Assembly (NCBI GenBank): GCA_964016885.1
Contig: OZ024748.1
Span: forward strand, 43,462,001-43,526,000
Reading direction: 5' to 3'
Source: Eledone cirrhosa
Lineage: Eukaryota
Length of the DNA stretch: 64,000 bases
The first letter of the stretch is position 1. Each line of letters opens with the position of its first letter. Positions 37,371-50,401 of the stretch are shown piece by piece. A model generated the notes under the pieces. The model did no database searches and had not been told where the DNA came from. It was given only the letters and a program-made list of their open reading frames with translations. Both the position numbers and the translations under genes were made by a program.

Positions 37371-37685
37371 CTAAAAAAAAACTAACGTAATTCATTTATT
37401 TTTTTCAGTATTATTCTTGAAACACGATTTTTATCAAGTTTATAATTTTATTCAATCAAGTAAAATGATAATTTTGTAAACAAAAAAAAAAATTATAATA
37501 ATATATATATGTATTTAGAAATAACTTATCCGACATCGTTGTCAAGTATTTGTCTATTTATTTTTTGTATTATTATTATTATCGCCGTCGTCGTCGTTTT
37601 GCTTAAAGTAAAATGGCAGAGTAAAGTTTACAGTAGCAACTAGGAATTTATTTATTTAAACTACGTTTAATTTAACGGGATTACG
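37280..37685. promoter_or_regulatory. Promoter/5'UTR region with forkhead-like, YY1-like and RFX X-box-like motifs
   Basis: CpG clusters (TCG repeats at ~37283-37335 and ~37582-37596) in AT-rich DNA. GTAAACA at 37352 and 37476. AAAATGGC at 37610. GTTTAC-AGT-AGCAAC at 37626-37640, with a perfect TAGCAAC half-site. Lies immediately upstream of the putative start exon. Confidence 0.5.
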
Positions 37686-37700
37686 ATGACTTCACGAAAG
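37686..37700 (+). CDS. DYNC2I1: Putative coding exon 1 (MTSRK) of a WDR60/DYNC2I1-like dynein-2 intermediate chain
   Basis: ATG ACT TCA CGA AAG followed by a GT donor (AAG|GTACTT), phase 0. Five codons ending in K parallel the recalled human N-terminus MEPGK. Confidence 0.5.
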
Positions 37701-38139
37701 GTACTTATATATTCATTCGTTTAAGAGAAATAACTATTTTTTAAGTATATTATATATGTATTTCTTACCTGTTGTTATATATATTCGGACACTTTTAATA
37801 ATAATTGGCGTTTCGTTGTTAAGGGTGAAACTAAAAACAACTTTGTACACATGTTTGTCACTTTCTCTACCAATAATTGTATTTATTATATGTGTTTATA
37901 TTTTCATTCTCTAAGGATTCTATATATTATTTATGTCTATATTTTAATTCTGTAAACATTATATTAATATATTCATAGAGAAATAATAATAATATTTTTC
38001 GGTGATAATAAAAAAAAGTATAACTATATAACTAATTATATATATATATAAGAAAATATATATATATATGTGTTATGTTCCACCTGGTTCCTTACCACAC
38101 TTCCTTTGTTGATGAAAAATGATGATATATATATATATA

Positions 38140-38231
38140 TACGGTGTCCCAAAAATGTATACAAACTTTAATTACCTGTACTGGCAATATTTATTAGAAC
38201 GCTGTTAAATTATGTATACAGTTTGTGGGGA

Positions 38232-38240
<9 letters not shown>
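38140..38240. mobile_element. ~100-bp Tc1/mariner-type MITE
   Basis: Imperfect TIRs TACGGTGTCCCAAAAATGTATACA ... TGTATACAGTTTGTGGGGACATTCTGTA, inserted in a (TA)n run. Confidence 0.65.
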
Positions 38241-38302
<62 letters not shown>

Positions 38303-38305
<3 letters not shown>

Positions 38306-38675
38306 TCATCGTTTAACGTCCATATTCCACGCTTGCATGGGTCTGGACGGGAGTTTTCCCACTTGAGGCAAGAGTGGTTGTCTTGCTCGTATAGGACTGA
38401 CTGGCGGGTTTTCTACGGCTGGATGCCCTTCCTAACACCAATCACGTTTACAGTGTGGAACTGGGGGGTTTTTACCGTCTTACCTACACGGCCACATTAC
38501 AGCGTGGACTGTGTGTTTTTTTGTCGTGACACCTACACGCCCTCATTTGTTTCGGGCTGGATGTTGTGACACCAACATAACTTTACATTGAAAGGGGAGG
38601 TGGGACGGGGGTGTATTTTGTTAGAGATGCCTACTGACTAGTAGGTTTTACTTTGTACTTAGGTAAGGCGGGTCT

Positions 38676-38680
<5 letters not shown>
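38303..38680 (-). mobile_element. 3' end/UTR of an RTE-like LINE with a (GAT)n tail
   Basis: Highly similar to 56298-56705 in the same orientation and to ~54725-55119 in the opposite orientation. Begins CATCATCGTTTAACGTCC and is flanked by (TA)n/(CT)n. Confidence 0.85.
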
Positions 38681-38744
<64 letters not shown>

Positions 38745-39039
38745 CAGGATGGATTCAGTTTGAAACTGGTCAAACTAGTACTCAATAGAGTACTCGATAC
38801 TTGGAGTAGTAGAGTATGGTTATGTTAATCTGGATCCGACGGCGGAGCTCTTGCCATTTTAACAGCTGGTTCCACACACACACGTTTGGTTGGTTGGTTG
38901 GCAATAGATACATCCCTAGACTAAACGCACCTAGTATATTCATGTCAACATTGATAAAGTCCTGATTTCATATATCGATTGAGTTCCTAGCTATAATCGA
39001 TATCTAATGAACACCATAGCAATACATATATTATTTATA

Positions 39040-39243
39040 TACGAAGGTCGGCTGAAAAGTTGACAGGCTGACCAAGATATTCTCATGGAATGACCAAATG
39101 AGGTTTTATTTTTTCAACATAATCTCTGGAAAGAAACAATGCAGTTATTAATAAAAAGAGTTGAAATTAATACATGCAAGATTTCACAGCTCTAGTATCA
39201 CTCCTTCATAGTCAGCCTATGAACTTTTAAGTCGACACTCGTA
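39040..39243. mobile_element. ~200-bp mariner-type MITE
   Basis: The left end TACGAAGGTCGGCTGAAAAGTTGACAGGCTGAC matches the reverse complement of the right end TACGAGTGTCGACTTAAAAGTTCATAGGCTGAC at 27/33, including terminal TA. Confidence 0.8.
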
Positions 39244-39311
39244 GGTTTGTTTGTTTTTTTTTTGTTTTTTCTTGGCTTTTGTAAATCATTTATTAGTTCT
39301 TCAAACTAAAT

Positions 39312-39487
39312 ATGGTACTGGTCTAGCCTGGTACCTAGTGATCCAGGCCCTGTTACCAAATGGTGCATAGCCTGGTACCAAATGGTCCATAGCCAGGTAC
39401 CGGTCCATAGCCTGGTACCAAATGGTCCACAGCCTGGTACCGGTCCATGGCAGGTACCAGTCCGTGGTATGGTGGTTGGGGACTGCT
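39312..39487. mobile_element. Decayed 18-22-bp GGTACC-containing tandem repeats ending in a hAT-like terminus
   Basis: Repeated GGTCCATAGCCTGGTACC(AAAT) units end in GGTACCAGTCCGTGGTATGGTGGTTGGGGACTGCT, which resembles hAT/Charlie-type ends as I recall them. Confidence 0.45.
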
Positions 39488-39546
39488 AATATAGAGTATA
39501 TTATATACCCAACACGCAGAATTCTACAGGTGATTCCTACATACAT

Positions 39547-42500
39547 CAGTCAGGTCATGGACGGCCCCTGGTTTCATAGGTTCACAATCTGCCACAGTCA
39601 GGTCTCTGATGCCCCAGGGTTTCATCCATTACAATCTGCCACAGTCAGGTCTCTGATGCCCCGGGGTTTCATCCATCCACAATCTGCCACAGTCAGGTCT
39701 CTGATGCCCCGGGGTTTCATCCATCCACAATCTGCCACAGTCAGATCTCTGATGCCCCAGGGTTTCATCCATTCACAATCTGCCACAGTCAGGTCTCTGA
39801 TGCCCCAGGGTTTCATCCATTCACAATCTGCCACAGTCAGGTCTCTGATGCCCCGGGGTTTCATCCATTCACAATCTGCCACAGTCAGGTCTCTGATGCC
39901 CCAGGGTTTCATCCATTCACAATCTGCCACAGTCAGGTCTCTGATGCCCCAGGGTTTCATCCATTCACAATCTGCCACAGTCAGGTCTCTGATGCCCCAG
40001 GGTTTCATCCATTCACAATCTGCCACAGTCAGGTCTCTGATGCCCCGGGGTTTCATCCATTCACAATCTGCCACAGTCAGGTCTCTGATGCCCCGGGGTT
40101 TCATCCATTCACAATCTGCCACAGTTAGGTCTCTGATGCCCCAGGGTTTCATCCATTCACAATCTGCCACAGTCAGGTCTCTGATGCCCCAGGGTTTCAT
40201 CCACAATCTGCCACAGTCAGGTCTCTGATGCCCCAGGGTTTCATCCACAATCTGCCACAGTCAGGTCTCTGATGCCCCAGGGTTTCATCCATTCACAATC
40301 TGCCACAGTCAGGTCTCTGATGCCCCGGGGTTTCATCCATTACAATCTGCCACAGTCAGGTCTCTGATGCCCCGGGGTTTCATCCATTACAATCTGCCAC
40401 AGTCAGGTCTCTGATGCCCCAGGGTTTCATCCATTCACAATCTGCCACAGTCAGGTCTCTGATGCCCCAGGGTTTCATCCATTCACAATCTGCCACAGTC
40501 AGGTCTCTGATGCCCCAGGGTTTCATCCACAATCTGCCACAGTCAGGTCTCTGATGCCCCAGGGTTTCATCCATTCACAATCTGCCACAGTCAGGTCTCT
40601 GATGCCCCAGGGTTTCATCCATTCACAATCTGCCACAGTCAGGTCTCTGATGCCCCGGGGTTTCATCCATTCACAATCTGCCACAGTCAGGTCTCTGATG
40701 CCCCGGGGTTTCATCCATTCACAATCTACCACAGTCAGGTCTCTGATGCCCCGGGGTTTCATCCATTCACAATCTGCCACAGTCAGGTCTCTGATGCCCC
40801 AGGGTTTCATCCACAATCTGCCACAGTCAGGTCTCTGATGCCCCAGGGTTTCATCCACAATCTGCCACAGTCAGGTCTCTGATGCCCCAGGGTTTCATCC
40901 ATTCACAATCTGCCACAGTCAGGTCTCTGATGCCCCAGGGTTTCATCCATTCACAATCTGCCACAGTCAGGTCTCTGATGCCCCAGGGTTTCATCCACAA
41001 TCTGCCACAGTCAGGTCTCTGATGCCCCAGGGTTTCATCCATTCACAATCTGCCACAGTCAGGTCTCTGATGCCCCGGGGTTTCATCCATTCACAATCTG
41101 CCACAGTCAGGTCTCTGATGCCCCAGGGTTTCATCCATTCACAATCTGCCACAGTCAGGTCTCTGATGCCCCAGGGTTTCATCCACAATCTGCCACAGTC
41201 AGGTCTCTGATGCCCCGGGGTTTCATCCATTCACAATCTGCCACAGTCAGGTCTCTGATGCCCCAGGGTTTCATCCACAATCTGCCACAGTCAGGTCTCT
41301 GATGCCCCAGGGTTTCATCCACAATCTGCCACAGTCAGGTCTCTGATGCCCCAGGGTTTCATCCATTCACAATCTGCCACAGTCAGGTCTCTGATGCCCC
41401 AGGGTTTCATCCACAATCTGCCACAGTCAGGTCTCTGATGCCCCAGGGTTTCATCCATTCACAATCTGCCACAGTCAGGTCTCTGATGCCCCAGGGTTTC
41501 ATCCACAATCTGCCACAGTCAGGTCTCTGATGCCCCAGGGTTTCATCCATTCACAATCTGCCACAGTCAGGTCTCTGATGCCCCAGGGTTTCATCCACAA
41601 TCTGCCACAGTCAGGTCTCTGATGCCCCAGGGTTTCATCCATTCACAATCTGCCACAGTCAGGTCTCTGATGCCCCAGGGTTTCATCCACAATCTGCCAC
41701 AGTCAGGTCTCTGATGCCCCAGGGTTTCATCCATTCACAATCTGCCACAGTCAGGTCTCTGATGCCCCGGGGTTTCATCCATTCACAATCTGCCACAGTC
41801 AGGTCTCTGATGCCCCGGGGTTTCATCCATTCACAATCTGCCACAGTCAGGTCTCTGATGCCCCAGGGTTTCATTCACAATCTGCCACAGTCAGGTCTCT
41901 GATGCCCCAGGGTTTCATCCACAATCTGCCACAGTCAGGTCTCTGATGCCCCAGGGTTTCATCCACAATCTGCCACAGTCAGGTCTCTGATGCCCCAGGG
42001 TTTCATCCATTCACAATCTGCCACAGTCAGGTCTCTGATGCCCCGGGGTTTCATCCACAATCTGCCACAGTCAGGTCTCTGATGCCCCAGGGTTTCATCC
42101 ACAATCTGCCACAGTCAGGTCTCTGATGCCCCAGGGTTTCATCCATTCACAATCTGCCACAGTCAGGTCTCTGATGCCCCAGGGTTTCATCCACAATCTG
42201 CCACAGTCAGGTCTCTGATGCCCCAGGGTTTCATCCATTCACAATCTGCCACAGTCAGGTCTCTGATGCCCCAGGGTTTCATCCACAATCTGCCACAGTC
42301 AGGTCTCTGATGCCCCAGGGTTTCATCCACAATCTGCCACAGTCAGGTCTCTGATGCCCCGGGGTTTCATCCATTCACAATCTGCCACAGTCAGGTCTCT
42401 GATGCCCCGGGGTTTCATCCACAATCTGCCACAGTCAGGTCTCTGATGCCCCGGGGTTTCATCCACAATCTGCCACAGTCAGGTCTCTGATGCCCCGGGG

Positions 42501-45500
42501 TTTCATCCACAATCTGCCACAGTCAGGTCTCTGATGCCCCAGGGTTTCATCCATTCACAATCTGCCACAGTCAGGTCTCTGATGCCCCGGGGTTTCATCC
42601 ACAATCTGCCACAGTCAGGTCTCTGATGCCCCAGGGTTTCATCCACAATCTGCCACAGTCAGGTCTCTGATGCCCCAGGGTTTCATCCATTCACAATCTG
42701 CCACAGTCAGGTCTCTGATGCCCCGGGGTTTCATCCACAATCTGCCACAGTCAGGTCTCTGATGCCCCAGGGTTTCATCCACAATCTGCCACAGTCAGGT
42801 CTCTGATGCCCCAGGGTTTCATCCATTCACAATCTGCCACAGTCAGGTCTCTGATGCCCCGGGGTTTCATCCATTCACAATCTGCCACAGTCAGGTCTCT
42901 GATGCCCCAGGGTTTCATCCACAATCTGCCACAGTCAGGTCTCTGATGCCCCAGGGTTTCATCCACAATCTGCCACAGTCAGGTCTCTGATGCCCCAGGG
43001 TTTCATCCACAATCTGCCACAGTCAGGTCTCTGATGCCCCGGGGTTTCATCCATTCACAATCTGCCACAGTCAGATCTCTGATGCCCCGGGGTTTCATCC
43101 ATTCACAATCTGCCACAGTCAGATCTCTGATGCCCCGGGGTTTCATCCATTCACAATCTGCCACAGTCAGGTCTCTGATGCCCCAGGGTTTCATCCACAA
43201 TCTGCCACAGTCAGGTCTCTGATGCCCCAAGGTTTCATCCACAATCTGCCACAGTCAGGTCTCTGATGCCCCAGGGTTTCATCCACAATCTGCCACAGTC
43301 AGGTCTCTGATGCCCCAGGGTTTCATCCACAATCTGCCACAGTCAGGTCTCTGATGCCCCAGGGTTTCATCCACAATCTGCCACAGTCAGGTCTCTGATG
43401 CCCCAGGGTTTCATCCACAATCTGCCACAGTCAGGTCTCTGATGCCCCAGGGTTTCATCCACAATCTGCCACAGTCAGGTCTCTGATGCCCCAGGGTTTC
43501 ATCCACAATCTGCCACAGTCAGGTCTCTGATGCCCCAGGGTTTCATCCACAATCTGCCACAGTCAGGTCTCTGATGCCCCAGGGTTTCATCCACAATCTG
43601 CCACAGTCAGGTCTCTGATGCCCCGGGGTTTCATCCATTCACAATCTGCCACAGTCAGATCTCTGATGCCCCGGGGTTTCATCCATTCACAATCTGCCAC
43701 AGTCAGATCTCTGATGCCCCGGGGTTTCATCCATTCACAATCTGCCACAGTCAGGTCTCTGATGCCCCAGGGTTTCATCCACAATCTGCCACAGTCAGGT
43801 CTCTGATGCCCCAAGGTTTCATCCACAATCTGCCACAGTCAGGTCTCTGATGCCCCAGGGTTTCATCCACAATCTGCCACAGTCAGGTCTCTGATGCCCC
43901 AGGGTTTCATCCACAATCTGCCACAGTCAGGTCTCTGATGCCCCAGGGTTTCATCCACAATCTGCCACAGTCAGGTCTCTGATGCCCCAGGGTTTCATCC
44001 ACAATCTGCCACAGTCAGGTCTCTGATGCCCCAGGGTTTCATCCACAATCTGCCACAGTCAGGTCTCTGATGCCCCAGGGTTTCATCCACAATCTGCCAC
44101 AGTCAGGTCTCTGATGCCCCAGGGTTTCATCCACAATCTGCCACAGTCAGGTCTCTGATGCCCCAGGGTTTCATTCACAATCTGCCACAGTCAGGTCTCT
44201 GATGCCCCAGGGTTTCATCCACAATCTGCCACAGTCAGATCTCTGATGCCCCAGGGTTTCATCCATTCACAATCTGCCACAGTCAGGTCTCTGATGCCCC
44301 GGGGTTTCATCCATTACAATCTGCCACAGTCAGGTCTCTGATGCCCCGGGGTTTCATCCATTCACAATCTGCCACAGTCAGGTCTCTGATGCCCCGGGGT
44401 TTCATCCATTCACAATCTGCCACAGTCAGGTCTCTGATGCCCCGGGGTTTCATCCATTCACAATCTGCCACAGTCAGGTCTCTGATGCCCCGGGGTTTCA
44501 TCCATTCACAATCTGCCACAGTCAGGTCTCTGATGCCCCAGGGTTTCATCCATTCACAATCTGCCACAGTCAGATCTCTGATGCCCCGGGGTTTCATCCA
44601 TTCACAATCTGCCACAGTCAGATCTCTGATGCCCCGGGGTTTCATCCATTCACAATCTGCCACAGTCAGGTCTCTGATGCCCCAGGGTTTCATCCACAAT
44701 CTGCCACAGTCAGGTCTCTGATGCCCCAGGGTTTCATCCACAATCTGCCACAGTCAGGTCTCTGATGCCCCAGGGTTTCATCCACAATCTGCCACAGTCA
44801 GGTCTCTGATGCCCCAGGGTTTCATCCACAATCTGCCACAGTCAGGTCTCTGATGCCCCAGGGTTTCATCCACAATCTGCCACAGTCAGATCTCTGATGC
44901 CCCAGGGTTTCATCCATTCACAATCTGCCACAGTCAGGTCTCTGATGCCCCGGGGTTTCATCCATTACAATCTGCCACAGTCAGGTCTCTGATGCCCCGG
45001 GGTTTCATCCATTCACAATCTGCCACAGTCAGGTCTCTGATGCCCCGGGGTTTCATCCATTACAATCTGCCACAGTCAGGTCTCTGATGCCCCGGGGTTT
45101 CATCCATTCACAATCTGCCACAGTCAGGTCTCTGATGCCCCGGGGTTTCATCCATTCACAATCTGCCACAGTCAGGTCTCTGATGCCCCAGGGTTTCATC
45201 CATTCACAATCTGCCACAGTTAGGTCTCTGATGCCCCGGGGTTTCATCCATTACAATCTGCCACAGTCAGGTCTCTGATGCCCCGGGGTTTCATCCATTA
45301 CAATCTGCCACAGTCAGATCTCTGATGCCCCGGGGTTTCATCCATTACAATCTGCCACAGTTAGGTCTCTGATGCCCCGGGGTTTCATCCATTCACAATC
45401 TGCCACAGTCAGGTCTCTGATGCCCCGGGGTTTCATCCATTACAATCTGCCACAGTCAGGTCTCTGATGCCCCGGGGTTTCATCCATTCACAATCTGCCA

Positions 45501-48500
45501 CAGTCAGGTCTCTGATGCCCCAGGGTTTCATCCATTACAATCTGCCACAGTCAGGTCTCTGATGCCCCAGGGTTTCATCCATTACAATCTGCCACAGTTA
45601 GGTCTCTGATGCCCCAGGGTTTCATCCATTACAATCTGCCACAGTTAGGTCTCTGATGCCCCAGGGTTTCATCCATTACAATCTGCCACAGTCAGGTCTC
45701 TGATGCCCCAGGGTTTCATCCATTCACAATCTGCCACAGTCAGGTCTCTGATGCCCCGGGGTTTCATCCATTACAATCTGCCACAGTCAGGTCTCTGATG
45801 CCCCAGGGTTTCATCCATTCACAATCTGCCACAGTCAGGTCTCTGATGCCCCGGGGTTTCATCCATTCACAATCTGCCACAGTCAGGTCTCTGATGCCCC
45901 AGGGTTTCATCCATTCACAATCTGCCACAGTCAGGTCTCTGATGCCCCGGGGTTTCATCCATTACAATCTGCCACAGTCAGGTCTCTGATGCCCCGGGGT
46001 TTCATCCACTCACAATCTGCCACAGTCAGGTCTCTGATGCCCCGGGGTTTCATCCATTCACAATCTGCCACAGTCAGGTCTCTGATGCCCCGGGGTTTCA
46101 TCCATTCACAATCTGCCACAGTCAGGTCTCTGATGCCCCAGGGTTTCATCCATTCACAATCTGCCACAGTCAGGTCTCTGATGCCCCGGGGTTTCATCCA
46201 TTACAATCTGCCACAGTCAGGTCTCTGATGCCCCAGGGTTTCATCCATTCACAATCTGCCACAGTCAGGTCTCTGATGCCCCGGGGTTTCATCCATTACA
46301 ATCTGCCACAGTCAGGTCTCTGATGCCCCGGGGTTTCATCCATTCACAATCTGCCACAGTCAGGTCTCTGATGCCCCAGGGTTTCATCCATTCACAATCT
46401 GCCACAGTCAGGTCTCTGATGCCCCGGGGTTTCATCCATTCACAATCTGCCACAGTCAGGTCTCTGATGCCCCGGGGTTTCATCCATTCACAATCTGCCA
46501 CAGTCAGGTCTCTGATGCCCCAGGGTTTCATCCATTCACAATCTGCCACAGTCAGGTCTCTGATGCCCCGGGGTTTCATCCATTCACAATCTGCCAGTCA
46601 GGTCTCTGATGCCCCGGGGTTTCATCCATTCACAATCTGCCACAGTCAGGTCTCTGATGCCCCGGGGTTTCATCCATTCACAATCTGCCACAGTCAGGTC
46701 TCTGATGCCCCGGGGTTTCATCCATTCACAATCTGCCACAGTCAGGTCTCTGATGCCCCGGGGTTTCATCCATTCACAATCTGCCACAGTCAGGTCTCTG
46801 ATGCCCCGGGGTTTCATCCATTCACAATCTGCCACAGTCAGGTCTCTGATGCCCCGGGGTTTCATCCATTACAATCTGCCACAGTCAGGTCTCTGATGCC
46901 CCGGGGTTTCATCCATTCACAATCTGCCACAGTCAGGTCTCTGATGCCCCGGGGTTTCATCCATTCACAATCTGCCACAGTCAGGTCTCTGATGCCCCGG
47001 GGTTTCATCCATTCACAATCTGCCACAGTCAGGTCTCTGATGCCCCGGGGTTTCATCCATTCACAATCTGCCACAGTCAGGTCTCTGATGCCCCGGGGTT
47101 TCATCCATTACAATCTGCCACAGTCAGGTCTCTGATGCCCCGGGGTTTCATCCATTCACAATCTGCCACAGTCAGGTCTCTGATGCCCCGGGGTTTCATC
47201 CATTCACAATCTGCCACAGTCAGGTCTCTGATGCCCCAGGGTTTCATCCATTACAATCTGCCACAGTTAGGTCTCTGATGCCCCGGGGTTTCATCCATTA
47301 CAATCTGCCACAGTCAGGTCTCTGATGCCCCGGGGTTTCATCCATTCACAATCTGCCACAGTCAGGTCTCTGATGCCCCGGGGTTTCATCCATTCACAAT
47401 CTGCCACAGTCAGGTCTCTGATGCCCCAGGGTTTCATCCATTACAATCTGCCACAGTTAGGTCTCTGATGCCCCAGGGTTTCATCCATTACAATCTGCCA
47501 CAGTTAGGTCTCTGATGCCCCAGGGTTTCATCCATTACAATCTGCCACAGTTAGGTCTCTGATGCCCCGGGGTTTCATCCATTACAATCTGCCACAGTCA
47601 GGTCTCTGATGCCCCGGGGTTTCATCCATTCACAATCTGCCACAGTCAGGTCTCTGATGCCCCAGGGTTTCATCCATTACAATCTGCCACAGTTAGGTCT
47701 CTGATGCCCCGGGGTTTCATCCATTACAATCTGCCACAGTCAGGTCTCTGATGCCCCGGGGTTTCATCCATTCACAATCTGCCACAGTCAGGTCTCTGAT
47801 GCCCCGGGGTTTCATCCATTCACAATCTGCCACAGTCAGGTCTCTGATGCCCCAGGGTTTCATCCATTACAATCTGCCACAGTTAGGTCTCTGATGCCCC
47901 AGGGTTTCATCCATTACAATCTGCCACAGTTAGGTCTCTGATGCCCCAGGGTTTCATCCATTACAATCTGCCACAGTCAGGTCTCTGATGCCCCAGGGTT
48001 TCATCCATTACAATCTGCCACAGTCAGGTCTCTGATGCCCCAGGGTTTCATCCATTACAATCTGCCACAGTTAGGTCTCTGATGCCCCAGGGTTTCATCC
48101 ATTACAATCTGCCACAGTCAGGTCTCTGATGCCCCAGGGTTTCATCCATTACAATCTGCCACAGTTAGGTCTCTGATGCCCCAGGGTTTCATCCATTACA
48201 ATCTGCCACAGTTAGGTCTCTGATGCCCCAGGGTTTCATCCATTACAATCTGCCACAGTTAGGTCTCTGATGCCCCAGGGTTTCATCCATTCACAATCTG
48301 CCACAGTCAGGTCTCTGATGCCCCAGGGTTTCATCCATTACAATCTGCCACAGTTAGGTCTCTGATGCCCCAGGGTTTCATCCATTACAATCTGCCACAG
48401 TTAGGTCTCTGATGCCCCGGGGTTTCATCCATTACAATCTGCCACAGTCAGGTCTCTGATGCCCCGGGGTTTCATCCATTCACAATCTGCCACAGTCAGG

Positions 48501-49443
48501 TCTCTGATGCCCCGGGGTTTCATCCATTACAATCTGCCACAGTTAGGTCTCTGATGCCCCGGGGTTTCATCCATTCACAATCTGCCACAGTCAGGTCTCT
48601 GATGCCCCGGGGTTTCATCCATTCACAATCTGCCACAGTCAGGTCTCTGATGCCCCGGGGTTTCATCCATTACAATCTGCCACAGTTAGGTCTCTGATGC
48701 CCCGGGGTTTCATCCATTCACAATCTGCCACAGTCAGGTCTCTGATGCCCCGGGGTTTCATCCATTACAATCTGCCACAGTCAGGTCTCTGATGCCCCGG
48801 GGTTTCATCCATTCACAATCTGCCACAGTCAGGTCTCTGATGCCCCGGGGTTTCATCCATTACAATCTGCCACAGTTAGGTCTCTGATGCCCCGGGGTTT
48901 CATCCATTCACAATCTGCCACAGTCAGGTCTCTGATGCCCCGGGGTTTCATCCATTACAATCTGCCACAGTCAGGTCTCTGATGCCCCAGGGTTTCATCC
49001 ATCCACAATCTGCCACAGTTAGGTCTCTGATGCCCCGGGGTTTCATCCATTCACAATCTGCCACAGTCAGGTCTCTGATGCCCCGGGGTTTCATCCATTA
49101 CAATCTGCCACAGTCAGGTCTCTGATGCCCCGGGGTTTCATCCATTCACAATCTGCCACAGTCAGGTCTCTGATGCCCCAGGGTTTCATCCATTACAATC
49201 TGCCACAGTCAGGTCTCTGATGCCCCGGGGTTTCATCCATTCACAATCTGCCACAGTCAGGTCTCTGATGCCCCGGGGTTTCATCCATTACAATCTGCCA
49301 CAGTTAGGTCTCTGATGCCCCGGGGTTTCATCCATTCACAATCTGCCACAGTCAGGTCTCTGATGCCCCGGGGTTTCATCCATTCACAATCTGCCACAGT
49401 CAGGTCTCTGATGCCCCAGGGTTTCATCCATTACAAGCTGCCA
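39547..49443. repeat. 44/47/48-bp tandem satellite, about 210 units, intronic
   Basis: Unit CACAATCTGCCACAGTCAGGTCTCTGATGCCCC(A/G)GGGTTTCATCCATT. Length variants are CATCCATTCACAA (48), CATCCATTACAA (47) and CATCCACAA (44). The terminal copies are degenerate. Confidence 0.98.
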
Positions 49444-49580
49444 ATCTTTCTAGGTCAATAATCTAAATCCAACATTAGTTTCATCTGTTTCTATTTTTCT
49501 TTACTGACTTCTGTTGTAATAATATAACAATGTAAACATTGTTTAATCTACAAACATAACAAAGATGGATTCCAGATAAT

Positions 49581-50064
49581 CATGGATGGTGATTGATGGG
49601 TGAAGAAGGGCTAGGAAATCTCAGTAGAACGAAGCCATAGTACAGGTAGACCAAATAAGATCTGGGCAGAGAGGAGACTGTGTTGGTGTGGGCATGTGAT
49701 AAACATGGATTATGATTTATGGGTGAAGAAGTGCCAGGAAATCTGAGTAGAAGGAAGCCACAGTAGAGGAAGAGCAAGAAATAGCTGGGCGGAGATGGTG
49801 ACGGTTGATCTCATATCGCTGAGACTCACAGAGTAGATGATGAAGGAACATGGCAAGATGATGGATGCTGGGTGAAGAAATGCCAGGAAATCCCAGTGGA
49901 GGAAAGCTGCAGTAGAGGTAAACTGAGCAATAGGTGGTGAGAGCAGACCATAAATTGCTGAGATGCACAGAGGAGACGGCAAAGGAATGCCCAAGTGGAG
50001 AGATGCTTTGCTGAGAAGGACCTGTCCAACCCATGCAAGCGTGGAAAAGCGAGGATGATGATGA
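49581..50064 (+). mobile_element. Decayed RTE-like LINE 3' end with three iterations of the ORF2 C-terminal segment
   Basis: TGGGTGAAGAA..AGGAAATC occurs at 49597, 49720 and 49869. Translation RLCWCGHVINM..WVKKCQEI*VEGSHSRGRARNSW parallels [18 protein letters not shown] of the other RTE copies. It ends CCATGCAAGCGTGGAAA..(GAT)n. Confidence 0.75.
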
Positions 50065-50401
50065 ACTGTATTAGATATCTATTCTAGTTGATAAGGTTTT
50101 TGTAACAATATGGTTGTAGTAAAAACAGAGTTTTACTATTTTTTTTACCTGAAAGCTTCCCTTTCAAAAACTAACAGTGGAACAAAGAAAGAATAACAAA
50201 AAATATAAATACTAATCAAACAATGTATGAAGCTGTTAAGGAGAACAAACAATACATTGACCGTTTATCTTGCTTTGAACTGTTTCTGCCACACATTTGA
50301 AAAGGGGGTAATAACCCTGAAATATCATGTTGAACTTCTCTCGGTGAAACAATAAAATGTTGTAGTTTACTGGTAATCTTTGTTTTGTTGTTATTACTTT
50401 T

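Noticed and set aside
37613-37624. ATG at 37613 as the main start codon
   Set aside because: It stops after three codons, and the nearby GT would give a phase incompatible with exon 2. The ATG at 37686 fits better.
39422-47135. ORFs MPRGFIHSQSATVRSL / MKPRGIRDLTVADCEW repeats
   Set aside because: They are translations of runs of 48-bp units, broken by 44- and 47-bp variants. The core is CTGATGC, so it is not a hammerhead either.
1-49443. CRISPR array interpretation of the tandem repeats
   Set aside because: There are no unique spacers, no cas genes, and the context is eukaryotic.
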